Below, piece after piece: positions 18,691-28,126 of a stretch of DNA of 64,000 nt; position 1 is the first letter of the stretch; every line of letters starts with the position of its first letter. The position numbers were made by a program, and so were the translations under genes. The DNA is from Salegentibacter sp. (GTDB lineage: Bacteria > Bacteroidota > Bacteroidia > Flavobacteriales > Flavobacteriaceae): NCBI RefSeq assembly GCF_041642575.1, contig NZ_JBEPWD010000001.1, forward strand, positions 74,749 through 138,748. The letters run 5' to 3'. The notes beneath the pieces were generated by a model. That model was not told the origin of the DNA, searched no databases, and saw only the letters and a program-made list of their open reading frames with translations.

Positions 18691-19373
18691 TAAATCACAA
18701 ACTTATAGCCAACCCCTTTCACGGTTTTGAAAGATTCATCTCCTATCTTTTCACGTAATTTCCTAATATGCACATCAATAGTGCGCCCTCCAACAACTAC
18801 TTCGTTTCCCCAAACCTTATCAAGAATATCTTCTCTTTTAAAAACCTTCCCCGGTTTTGAGGTAAGCAGGGAAAGTAATTCAAATTCCTTTCGTGGCAGT
18901 ACTAATTCCTGATCATTTTTAATCACTTTATACTGATCGCGATCAATAACCAACTCCCCGATTTTCAGAATATTTGTAGAACCTGAATCCTCTTTAAAGC
19001 GTCTCAAAAGCGCCTTTACTTTACTCACTAAAACCTTGGGTTTGATAGGTTTTGTAATATAATCGTCGGCTCCGGCATCAAATCCTGCCATTTGTGAATA
19101 GTCTTCTCCTCTTGCTGTTAAAAAGGTGATGATGGTGTCTTCAAGGCCGGCGATATTTCTAATCTGTTCGCAGGCCTCTATCCCGTCCATTTCAGGCATC
19201 ATTACATCCAGGATGATAAGCTGTGGTTTGTGCTTTTTTGCCAGTTTAACTGCCTCTGCACCGTTTTCAGCAGTGATTACCTGGTAGCCTTCTGTCCTTA
19301 AATTGTAACCGACTATTTCAAGGATATCCGGCTCATCGTCTACCAACAGAATTTTAATTTCACTCTTTTTCAT
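18690..19373 (-). CDS. OmpR/PhoB-family response regulator, PhoB/PhoP-like
   Basis: LVDDE, LDVMMP, FLTAR and winged-helix RTIDVHIRKLREK motifs. Confidence 0.93.
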   Translation of the reverse strand: MKKSEIKILLVDDEPDILEIVGYNLRTEGYQVITAENGAEAVKLAKKHKPQLIILDVMMPEMDGIEACEQIRNIAGLEDTIITFLTARGEDYSQMAGFDAGADDYITKPIKPKVLVSKVKALLRRFKEDSGSTNILKIGELVIDRDQYKVIKNDQELVLPRKEFELLSLLTSKPGKVFKREDILDKVWGNEVVVGGRTIDVHIRKLREKIGDESFKTVKGVGYKFVI

Positions 19374-19602
19374 CAGTATTTAATTGTGTTCTTATTTTGA
19401 AGTAAAAGTAAGTATAAATTCCTACCCGATAATTCACCCTCGCGAAGTCTTAACCTTAAGGTAATATAAAGAATTTTCTTCAAAAGCATTTATAATCAAG
19501 CCTTTTCAAAGCACAGGTAAAAAATTGAGTCCAATATATACCGCAGTTCAGGCCGAAAACAGCTTAGTAGTAAACCTAAATTTAATATTAAAAGTTTCAG
19601 AA

Positions 19603-19642
19603 TAACATAAGCTTAAACTTAAGCTAAGATCACACTTAAACT
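19603..19642 (+). promoter_or_regulatory. 11-bp-phased TAAnnT direct repeats (Pho-box-like)
   Basis: TAACAT 19603, TAAACT 19614, TAAGAT 19625, TAAACT 19637, upstream of an imperfect -7 box TTTATTTG (19650-19657). Confidence 0.5.
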
Positions 19643-19700
19643 ATGCTCGTTTATTTGCTTCAAATTAAAATACTGAAACAAAAACTAAATTTTTTGACTT

Positions 19701-21026
19701 ATGAAAAAACTAATTATTGCAGGATTCGCTATCGCAACTTTAGGTCTTACCAGCTGTAGTGAAGATGATGATGTACCAACAGAACCACTTGCAACCTGTA
19801 CAGATGGAATCCAGAACGGTAACGAAACAGGTGTTGATTGTGGCGGGCCTTGTGCGCCATGTGAAGGAGATGGAGACGGAGATGGTCAAACTCCAGTAGA
19901 TGAAGATCTTTCCGGACTACTAACAGAAGACTTCACTTTAACCAATGATGTTATGTGGGAAATAAACGGAAAATTTGTTGTTGGTGATGGAGCTACCCTT
20001 ACTATAGAACCAGGAACCATTATTAAAGGAGCAGAAGGAACAGGTTCTTTAGCCTCGGCCCTTATTGTAGCCCGTGGGGGCAAAATCATGGCTGAAGGTA
20101 CTGCTGACGAGCCAATTATTTTTACTTCCATAAATGACAATATCGACCTTGGTGAAAAACAAGGATCGAACCTCGACGAAAATGACCGTGGCCTTTGGGG
20201 CGGAGTATTAATTCTGGGACGCGCACCAAGCTCATTTGAAGGTGATTCTGATGAATCACAAATTGAAGGGATTCCTGCAGATGATGACTTCGGAAGATAT
20301 GGAGGTAATGACCCTGAAGATAATTCAGGAGTATTTAAATACGTATCTATTCGTCACGGTGGAGCACTTATCGGTTCCGGTAACGAAATTAACGGACTTA
20401 CAATGGGAGGTGTTGGTAACGGTACAGTTATCGATCACGTTGAAATTGTTGGAAACGTAGACGATGGCTTTGAATGGTTTGGTGGTACCGTAAACTCTAG
20501 TAACCTTGTGGCTTTCGCCGGTGGAGATGATGGTTTGGATATTGACCAGGCTTACTCTGGAACTATTACAAACGCATTAGTTATTCAGGGAGCTGAATCT
20601 GATCATGCTTTAGAAATTGATGGACCAGAAGGAACATTTGAAGATGCTTTTGTTTTGGAAGACTTAACAATAGTTGGAGATGCGAATGCTCCTTCCGGTG
20701 AGATTGCAGATTTTAGAGATGGTGCACGCGGCCAGGTAAACAATGTTTTTGTTCGCGGTTTTAATGCCGATCAGGACCTGGAGCTTGACGGTGATGCTAC
20801 CGCTACAAATTACAATGACGGTGAATTAAGCTTTAGCAACTGGGAAATTGTACTTCCCGAAGGTGTAGATAATGTTTCTCAACTATTTAACGACACCACC
20901 AATAGTACTGATCTTTCAAGTGATGCTGAAGAATTTGCCACCGCTGTAGATCAGGATCAGGAAACCACTGGTGCAGATGTTTCTGTTTTCGGGTGGACTT
21001 ATGCAAGTTTTAAAGGTGCATTCTAA
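19701..21026 (+). CDS. Acidic surface lipoprotein with Cys-rich micro-domain and beta-helix-like repeats
   Basis: Lipobox LTSC then SEDDD; CTDGIQNGNETGVDCGGPCAPC; GLWGGVLILGRAP; repeated DDGFEWFGG / DDGLDID / DHALEIDG. Confidence 0.85.
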   Translation: MKKLIIAGFAIATLGLTSCSEDDDVPTEPLATCTDGIQNGNETGVDCGGPCAPCEGDGDGDGQTPVDEDLSGLLTEDFTLTNDVMWEINGKFVVGDGATLTIEPGTIIKGAEGTGSLASALIVARGGKIMAEGTADEPIIFTSINDNIDLGEKQGSNLDENDRGLWGGVLILGRAPSSFEGDSDESQIEGIPADDDFGRYGGNDPEDNSGVFKYVSIRHGGALIGSGNEINGLTMGGVGNGTVIDHVEIVGNVDDGFEWFGGTVNSSNLVAFAGGDDGLDIDQAYSGTITNALVIQGAESDHALEIDGPEGTFEDAFVLEDLTIVGDANAPSGEIADFRDGARGQVNNVFVRGFNADQDLELDGDATATNYNDGELSFSNWEIVLPEGVDNVSQLFNDTTNSTDLSSDAEEFATAVDQDQETTGADVSVFGWTYASFKGAF

Positions 21027-21060
21027 TTAAGAAGCAAAAACCGAAATAGCACATTTTACA

Positions 21061-21090
21061 AATTGCTCGCCTTTTTTAAGGCGGGCAATT
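21061..21090 (+). other. Intercistronic hairpin between lipoprotein and TBDR
   Basis: AATTGCTCGCCTT-loop-AAGGCGGGCAATT. Confidence 0.7.
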
Positions 21091-21118
21091 TAGTATTCAG
21101 ATTTTTAATTATTATTAT

Positions 21119-23950
21119 ATGAAAACCCAATTTTCACTAGTTTTATTTTTTAGTTTTTTCATAAGTTTAACACAGGCACAAACCGGAAAGATTTCAGGAA
21201 ACATTTACGATGTTGAAGCCAATGATGTTTTGCCTTTTGCCAATGTTTCCATAAAAGGAACAAATACCGGAACCACTTCAGATTTTGAAGGAGATTTCAG
21301 TTTAAATACGGCCCCGGGAACCTACACTGTAGTTTTTTCTTTTGTGGGTTATGAGACTTTAGAAGTTTCTGATGTTGTTGTAGAAGATGAAGAAGTAACA
21401 ACTCTAAATGTAGAAATGAAATCTTCAGCCGGAGCCCTGGACGAAGTTATAATTACTACCACAACTGCCAGAGACACTGAAGCTTCCGTATTAACCATGC
21501 AGAAAAATTCGGTTAATTTAACCGATGGACTTTCTTCGCAGACTTTCGATAAAATAGGGGCAGGAGAGGTTTCTTCAGCAGTAAAAACTATTCCCGGGGT
21601 TTCTGTTCAGGGAGGGAAATATGTTTATGTAAGAGGACTGGGAGATCGTTACACCAAATCTATACTGAACGGAATGGACGTTCCCGGCCTGGATCCAGAT
21701 CGTAACACCTTACAGATGGACATTTTTCCTACCAACATTCTGGATAATGTTATGGTTGTGAAATCACTTACCGCCGATAATCCCGCCGATTTCACCGGGG
21801 GAATGATTAATATTATCACCAAAGATTTCCCTAGCCAGGAAGAATATAGTGTTTCACTTGGTGGCACTTACAATCCATCTATGCACTTCAATTCAGATTT
21901 CCTTCAGTATGATGGGGGAGACACCGATTTTCTTGGTTTTGACGATGGTACCAGAGACCTTCCCGTTAATAGAAACCAGACTTTCCCAAGACCTTTTGAT
22001 AATGACGCGGCCCTTACCAGACTTACCGAACGCTTCAACCCAACTTTAGGTGGTACAAGACAACAAAATAATATGGATTATAGCGTTGGTTTTACCGCGG
22101 GTAACCAATATGATGTTGGTAAGGAAAATAATAAACTGGGATATTTTGCCTCGCTCTCTTACAAAAATACTTCAGAGTATTTTGAAGATTTTGAAAACAA
22201 TTCCTGGTTAAAACCAAGGGAAACTTCAGAATTTGAGCTTCGCCCCTCAAGATTACTGAGCGGTGATGTGGGAAAAGAAAACGCTTTGGTTAGCGCACTA
22301 ACCGGGCTTGCCTTTAAAACCGAACAATCTAAATACCAGCTTAATTTACTTCATATTCAGAATGGAGAATCTACGGCCGGTAATTTTAGAGAAGAAATCC
22401 TTGTTTCTGATGCCATTACGGTTTTTAGAGACAACCTTGAATATACCCAACGTTCTATAACCAATGCTTTATTAAGTGGGAAACACACCAACAAAGATGC
22501 AAGCTGGACTACCGAATGGAAACTTTCACCAAGCCTTTCCCGGGTTTATGATAAAGATGTAAGGATTACTGCTTTTGAATATAACCCAAGCAATAACACT
22601 TATAGTATACGCCCAAGCTCCTCAGAAAGTCCTACAAGAATCTGGAGAAACCTGGAGGAGATCAACCTGGCCGGGAAAGTAGATTTCACAAAAAAACATC
22701 AGCTTTTTGGAAGAGATGCAAGTCTCAAATTTGGTGGAGGCTACACCTACAAGCAAAGGGATTTTACTATAGACCAGTACCAGACCCTTATCCAGGGCTC
22801 AATTAGCCAGCGTTTTGAAGGCGATCCGAACCAGGTGCTTGCACCCGGAAATATCTGGACGCCAGAGAACCAGGCAGGTTCTTATATAAATGGATTTTAC
22901 GAGCCTGCAAACACGTATGATGCCTATAATGCGAATGCTTCGGCATATGTTTCAGAAGAATTTAAAGTAACCGAAAATCTAAAAGCAATCCTTGGGGTAA
23001 GGCTTGAAAAATTTGATCTTTTCTATACAGGGCAAAACAACCTGGGGGATCTGGTTCTGGAAGATGAACAACTTATAGATAAAACCGATCTTTTTCCTTC
23101 AGCAAACTTAATCTACAGCCTTAATAATGATAGTAATCTTAGACTTTCCTATAGTCGTTCTACCGCAAGGCCATCGTTTAAGGAGGCTTCAATTGCTCAA
23201 ATTTACGACCCCTTAACCAACAGGACTTTTATTGGTAATATAGACCTGCAACCCACCTATGTAGACAATGTTGACGCACGATACGAAATCTATGGCGACG
23301 ATGCGCAGCTTTTTGCTGTTAGTGCTTTCTACAAAAAATTTACGGATCCTATTGAACTTTCTGTTTATAGTGATTTTTCAGCAGATAACTTCCAACCCAG
23401 AAATGTTAATGATGCAACAGTAGTTGGAGCAGAAATTGAATTGAGAAAGAATTTTGGATTTGTTACTGAAGGCTTACGAAAATTAAGTGCAAACCTCAAC
23501 ATATCTGTTATAGATTCAAAAGTTGAAATGGATAGAAGCCCAAGTGGGGAGTACGAATCGCGACAGCGCAACCTTAGACCTGATGAAGAATTTGATGGCA
23601 CCAGGCAATTACAGGGACAATCACCATTCCTAATAAATGCCGGTTTGGATTACACCGACCCTGAAAGTGGGTGGCAAGCCGGGATTTTCTACAACACACA
23701 GGGAAAAACTCTGGAGCTTGTAGGCCTGGGAACCGTGCCTGATGTTTACACTATGCCATTTCACAGTCTTAATCTTAACGTGAATAAATCTTTTGGTGAA
23801 GAAAAGAACTCTACCCTATCATTTAAAGTATCAAATATTTTGGATGATGCGGTAGAAAGCAGGTTCCAATCCTTCGGAGCAGAAGACCAAATCTATTCAC
23901 TCAGAAAACCCGGAATCCCAATTTCATTAAGTTATAGTTACAAGTTTTAA
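21119..23950 (+). CDS. TonB-dependent receptor with N-terminal carboxypeptidase-regulatory-like domain
   Basis: Signal peptide, TonB-box-like LDEVII, plug motif YVYVRGLGDRY, C-terminal SLSYSYKF. Confidence 0.93.
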   Translation: MKTQFSLVLFFSFFISLTQAQTGKISGNIYDVEANDVLPFANVSIKGTNTGTTSDFEGDFSLNTAPGTYTVVFSFVGYETLEVSDVVVEDEEVTTLNVEMKSSAGALDEVIITTTTARDTEASVLTMQKNSVNLTDGLSSQTFDKIGAGEVSSAVKTIPGVSVQGGKYVYVRGLGDRYTKSILNGMDVPGLDPDRNTLQMDIFPTNILDNVMVVKSLTADNPADFTGGMINIITKDFPSQEEYSVSLGGTYNPSMHFNSDFLQYDGGDTDFLGFDDGTRDLPVNRNQTFPRPFDNDAALTRLTERFNPTLGGTRQQNNMDYSVGFTAGNQYDVGKENNKLGYFASLSYKNTSEYFEDFENNSWLKPRETSEFELRPSRLLSGDVGKENALVSALTGLAFKTEQSKYQLNLLHIQNGESTAGNFREEILVSDAITVFRDNLEYTQRSITNALLSGKHTNKDASWTTEWKLSPSLSRVYDKDVRITAFEYNPSNNTYSIRPSSSESPTRIWRNLEEINLAGKVDFTKKHQLFGRDASLKFGGGYTYKQRDFTIDQYQTLIQGSISQRFEGDPNQVLAPGNIWTPENQAGSYINGFYEPANTYDAYNANASAYVSEEFKVTENLKAILGVRLEKFDLFYTGQNNLGDLVLEDEQLIDKTDLFPSANLIYSLNNDSNLRLSYSRSTARPSFKEASIAQIYDPLTNRTFIGNIDLQPTYVDNVDARYEIYGDDAQLFAVSAFYKKFTDPIELSVYSDFSADNFQPRNVNDATVVGAEIELRKNFGFVTEGLRKLSANLNISVIDSKVEMDRSPSGEYESRQRNLRPDEEFDGTRQLQGQSPFLINAGLDYTDPESGWQAGIFYNTQGKTLELVGLGTVPDVYTMPFHSLNLNVNKSFGEEKNSTLSFKVSNILDDAVESRFQSFGAEDQIYSLRKPGIPISLSYSYKF

Positions 23951-23980
23951 TCCTCTTACAGTAAATAAATTAGCCGCCAG

Positions 23981-24010
23981 AGGCTGTCTTTTTCAAGGCA
24001 GCCTTTTTTT
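23981..24010 (+). terminator. Intrinsic terminator after TBDR
   Basis: AGGCTGTCTT/AAGGCAGCCT followed by a T run. Confidence 0.8.
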
Positions 24011-24097
24011 ATAAAACTTTAATTCATAATAGCCTCATTTTCTGGCAGGATTTTTGAAATTTTATTTGTAAGTTTGTAATAACGTCTATATAAAAGA

Positions 24098-24436
24098 ATG
24101 AAGCAATACTACTTATTTACTTTTCTCCTGGTATTTTTTCTTTGGGTTTCAGCACCGGCTGTGGCTCAGGAATCGACGTATGGGAAAAGTCAGACAGAAC
24201 ATTCTATAGATGGATTATCTATCTATCCTAACCCGGTAACTAACGGGAAAGTTTACATCACCACCGATTTAAACCTTGAAAAGGAGATTGAAATTTATAA
24301 TGTAATAGGAAAGCCTATTCACAGAACCAGGCTGAATAGTCGAGAAATGGATGTTTCTTCTTTGTCTCCCGGGATTTATATTTTTAAGATTACAGAAAAC
24401 GGTAAAAAAGCAACCAGAAAACTGGTTATAAAATAA
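24098..24436 (+). CDS. Small T9SS type A C-terminal-domain-only protein
   Basis: Signal peptide followed almost directly by IYPNP...GIYIFKI...TRKLVIK. TAAGTTTG promoter element upstream. Confidence 0.88.
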   Translation: MKQYYLFTFLLVFFLWVSAPAVAQESTYGKSQTEHSIDGLSIYPNPVTNGKVYITTDLNLEKEIEIYNVIGKPIHRTRLNSREMDVSSLSPGIYIFKITENGKKATRKLVIK

Positions 24437-24458
24437 AAATCACTTTTTTAAATATTTT

Positions 24459-24487
24459 AAAGCTTCTGGAAAACAGAAGCTTTTTTT
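24459..24487 (+). terminator. Intrinsic terminator
   Basis: AAAGCTTCTG-loop-CAGAAGCTTT followed by Ts. Confidence 0.75.
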
Positions 24488-24515
24488 ATTGTGCTTTTCG
24501 GTTTAATTTCGGCTT

Positions 24516-25493
24516 ATGCTATCAGAGGAAATATTTTCAGTACAGAACGAGACAGAATTCCGGGGTCTGGCGTTGAGAGTGTTCAAATTTCAGTACCAAA
24601 ACAATAAGGTTTACAAGCAGTTTTGTGAGCTACTGAATAAAAATCCTAACAACGTAAGTAGCCTGCAGGAAATTCCTTTTCTGCCTATAGAATTCTTTAA
24701 ATCACATAAAATAGTTTCCACCCAAAACTCCCCGGAGATTATTTTCACCAGTAGTGGCACTACCGGAAATCAAACCAGTAAACATTATGTAACAGATCTT
24801 AGCCTTTATGAAAAAAGCTTTTTAACAGCTTTTGAAAGATTCTATGGAAAACCGGAAGAAATGGTAATTCTGGCTCTTTTACCTTCCTATCTGGAACGCA
24901 CTGGATCTTCGCTAATCTTCATGGCCGATGCCCTTATCAAAAAAAGCAAGCAAGCCGAAAGCGGGTTTTATCTCCATAACCTGGATGACTTACACAAAAC
25001 TTTAGAAAAAACAGAAAAAGCCGGAAAAAAGACCCTCCTCATTGGTGTATCCTTTGCCTTACTGGACCTGGTGGAACGTTATAAATTCAACCTGAAAAAT
25101 ACCATAGTAATGGAAACCGGGGGAATGAAAGGCCGCCGAAAGGAAATGATTAGAACAGAGCTCCACGAAATTCTCTTTAAAGGTTTTGGTGTTTCCGTAA
25201 TTCACAGCGAATATGGAATGACCGAACTTTTATCCCAGGCTTATTCTTACGGAGAGGGAATATTCGAATGCCCGCCATGGATGAAGATACTTATTCGGGA
25301 TTCTGAAGACGCTCTCAGCCTCCTTCCACTCAATAAAACAGGGGGCATTAATGTGATAGATCTAGCCAATTTTAACTCTTGTTCATTTATCGCTACTCAG
25401 GACTTAGGAAGGAATAAAGCCAGGGGAAAAACTGAAATTCTAGGCCGTTTCGATCATAGCGACATCCGAGGCTGCAATCTTCTAATACTCTGA
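24516..25493 (+). CDS. LuxE/PaaK-like acyl-protein synthetase (adenylate-forming)
   Basis: FTSSGTTG P-loop, METGGMKG, SEYGMTEL, LGRFDHSDIRGC. Confidence 0.85.
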   Translation: MLSEEIFSVQNETEFRGLALRVFKFQYQNNKVYKQFCELLNKNPNNVSSLQEIPFLPIEFFKSHKIVSTQNSPEIIFTSSGTTGNQTSKHYVTDLSLYEKSFLTAFERFYGKPEEMVILALLPSYLERTGSSLIFMADALIKKSKQAESGFYLHNLDDLHKTLEKTEKAGKKTLLIGVSFALLDLVERYKFNLKNTIVMETGGMKGRRKEMIRTELHEILFKGFGVSVIHSEYGMTELLSQAYSYGEGIFECPPWMKILIRDSEDALSLLPLNKTGGINVIDLANFNSCSFIATQDLGRNKARGKTEILGRFDHSDIRGCNLLIL

Positions 25494-25682
25494 TTACCAA
25501 ACGAGTCCTCCACAAGAATTAAATAAACCTAAAAAATGTAAATTTTACGTTAAATTCCAATTTAGGGTGTAATTTTTTGAAATTCTATCGACTTAATAAA
25601 TGTAAGTTGAAAATAGGATAAGATCTATTGATTCTTACAGGCTAAGTGAAATTTTTTCATATTAGATTGGTTAGTTAGTTGC

Positions 25683-25714
25683 AAGCCCCGTAGACGCCCT
25701 GTTTACGGGGTTTT
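25683..25714 (-). terminator. Terminator-like hairpin downstream of tyrS
   Basis: CCCCGTA...TACGGGG stem with flanking A/T tracts. Confidence 0.6.
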
Positions 25715-25724
25715 GTATTATAAA

Positions 25725-27020
25725 CTAAACCGCTCTTATGATGTAAGTGTTTTTCTTCCCTTTATTCAGGATGATGTATTTCCCGTTTATAAGATCTTCT
25801 GAAGTTAACTGGTAATCTTCTTTCACTTTTTCTTTATTTACAGAAACCGAATTTTCCTTGAGTGCTCTCCTCGCCTCTCCGTTTGATTTAAGAAATCCGG
25901 TTTCAGCAGAAAGAGCAGCAATCATATCAAGACCATTATTTATCGCCTCTTTTGAAACTTCTGCCTGCGGAACGCCTTCAAAAACATCCAGAAAGGTTGC
26001 TTCATTTAGATCTTTCAGATCCTGGGCTGTACTTTTTCCGAAGAGAACTTCAGAAGCTTTTACGGCATTCTCAAAATCTTCACGGGAATGAACCGTCACT
26101 GTGATCTCTTCAGCCAGGGTCTTTTGTAATTGCCTTAAATGTGGAGCTTCTTTGTGATTTTCAACAAGTTTTTCAATTTCCTCCCGACTTAGAAAAGTAA
26201 AGATCTTGATATATCTCTCAGCATCAACATCACTGGTATTTACCCAATACTGGTAGAATTTATATGGGGAGGTGCGTTCTGGGTCCAACCAAATATTTCC
26301 ACTTTCAGTCTTTCCGAACTTAGTACCGTCTGCTTTAGTGATAAGAGGGCAGGTCAGGGCGTAACCTTTTCCGTTTGCAATTCTTCTGATCAATTCGGTA
26401 CCTGTTGTAATATTTCCCCACTGGTCGCTTCCACCCATCTGCAGGCTGCAATTATGCTCCCTGAACAGGTGAAGAAAGTCATAACCCTGTACAAGCTGAT
26501 AAGTAAATTCAGTAAAAGACATCCCTTCAGCTGCTTCTGAGGAAAGTCTTTTCTTAACCGAATCTTTAGACATCATATAGTTGACGGTGATATGTTTCCC
26601 CACATCCCTGATAAAACCAAGAAATGAGAAATTCTTCATCCAGTCGTAATTATTAACCATTACGGCCGAATTTTCAGTATCACTCTCAAAATCCAGAAAT
26701 TTAGCAAGCTGATTCTTAAGGGCATCCTGATTATGCCTCAGGGTGGCTTCGTCCAGAAGATTTCTTTCTGCCGATTTACCAGACGGGTCTCCAATCATTC
26801 CCGTAGCACCTCCAACCAGCGCGAAAGGCTTATGGCCGCATAGCTGGAAATGCCGAAGCATCATCACACTCACCAAATGGCCTATATGCAATGAATCGGC
26901 GGTTGGATCTATTCCCACATATGCAGCTCTCATCGCCTCGTTTAAATGTTCTTCGGTGCCCGGCATCACATCGTGAACCATCCCACGCCAGGTAAGTTCC
27001 TCTATAAAATTCTTGGTCAT
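25725..27020 (-). CDS. tyrS: Tyrosine--tRNA ligase
   Basis: [31 protein letters not shown]-terminal S4 domain. Start set at MTKNF (27020). Confidence 0.98.
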   Translation of the reverse strand: MTKNFIEELTWRGMVHDVMPGTEEHLNEAMRAAYVGIDPTADSLHIGHLVSVMMLRHFQLCGHKPFALVGGATGMIGDPSGKSAERNLLDEATLRHNQDALKNQLAKFLDFESDTENSAVMVNNYDWMKNFSFLGFIRDVGKHITVNYMMSKDSVKKRLSSEAAEGMSFTEFTYQLVQGYDFLHLFREHNCSLQMGGSDQWGNITTGTELIRRIANGKGYALTCPLITKADGTKFGKTESGNIWLDPERTSPYKFYQYWVNTSDVDAERYIKIFTFLSREEIEKLVENHKEAPHLRQLQKTLAEEITVTVHSREDFENAVKASEVLFGKSTAQDLKDLNEATFLDVFEGVPQAEVSKEAINNGLDMIAALSAETGFLKSNGEARRALKENSVSVNKEKVKEDYQLTSEDLINGKYIILNKGKKNTYIIRAV

Positions 27021-27103
27021 AATAATATTTTTTGTACGCAAAAAGAGCCGTAAAGATACCATAAACTCTTATTTTTCCTAAGTGCTTTCCCTATATTTAC
27101 CAC

Positions 27104-28126
27104 ATGATTTTAATCACAGGTGCAACCGGTTTAGTTGGCTCACATTTGGTCTTTGAGCTTGCAAAAAATGGCGAAAAAGTCAGGGCATTGTTCCGAAGCA
27201 AAAGCAAACTGAATCGTGTAAAGGAAGTTTTTTCCTATTATACTTCTTCGGAAAAGGCTTCTGAATATTTTGAGTCTATTGAATGGGTAAGGGCAGATAT
27301 CAATGACATCCCGGCCATGGAGAAGGCTTTCCAGGGGATAGAACAGGTATATCACTGTGCTGCTCTAATTTCCTTTGATCCCGCTGATTTACAGAAACTT
27401 CGCAAAACAAATATCACCGGCACAGCAAATGTAGTGAACTTATGTATTGCTCATAATGTGAGGAAATTATGCCATGTTAGCAGCGTAGCAAGCCTTGGAA
27501 AGGATAATAAAAAACCGGAGATAAAAGAAGCTATAGAATGGAACCCGGAAGAAAATCACAGCGATTATGCCATTTCAAAATATGGAGCTGAAATAGAAGT
27601 GTGGCGCGGTTCACAGGAAGGTTTACCAATAGTGATTGTAAATCCCGGGATAATTATTGGGCCGGGATACTGGGATTCGGGAAGCGGACCAATTTTCAGC
27701 AGAATACACAAGGGCTTGAACTATTATATCTCAAAAATCACCGGCTTTGTTGGAGTACATGATGTAGTTGAAACTATGCAACTCCTTATGAAATCTGAAA
27801 TTAAAAATGAGAAATTCATCGTTGTTGCTGAAAGTATAAATTTCAGAAAGGTGATGAACAAAGTCGCCCAGGAACTGAATAAACCTGAGCCGAAGAAAAA
27901 ATTAAAAAAATGGATGCTTTGGGTGGGTTGGACATTTTCAAAAGTAAAAAGCATTTTCGGAGGCAAACGCCAGATCACAACCATTACCATTAAAAATCTT
28001 TCTGAAGATGTTCATTACAACAATGAAAAAATAAGAAGCGAGCTAAATTACGAGTTTACGCCTATGGAAAAGGTAATTGCTGATACGGCAGTTATTTATA
28101 ATAAAGAAATTACTGCACCTCGATAG
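27104..28126 (+). CDS. NAD-dependent epimerase/dehydratase family protein
   Basis: TGATGLVG, YHCAA, YAISK motifs. Confidence 0.9.
   Translation: MILITGATGLVGSHLVFELAKNGEKVRALFRSKSKLNRVKEVFSYYTSSEKASEYFESIEWVRADINDIPAMEKAFQGIEQVYHCAALISFDPADLQKLRKTNITGTANVVNLCIAHNVRKLCHVSSVASLGKDNKKPEIKEAIEWNPEENHSDYAISKYGAEIEVWRGSQEGLPIVIVNPGIIIGPGYWDSGSGPIFSRIHKGLNYYISKITGFVGVHDVVETMQLLMKSEIKNEKFIVVAESINFRKVMNKVAQELNKPEPKKKLKKWMLWVGWTFSKVKSIFGGKRQITTITIKNLSEDVHYNNEKIRSELNYEFTPMEKVIADTAVIYNKEITAPR

Noticed and set aside
25494-25724. 230-bp spacer between the LuxE-like gene and tyrS as a hidden RNA gene
   Set aside because: AT-rich, with only one terminator-like hairpin and no cloverleaf or other recognisable structure.
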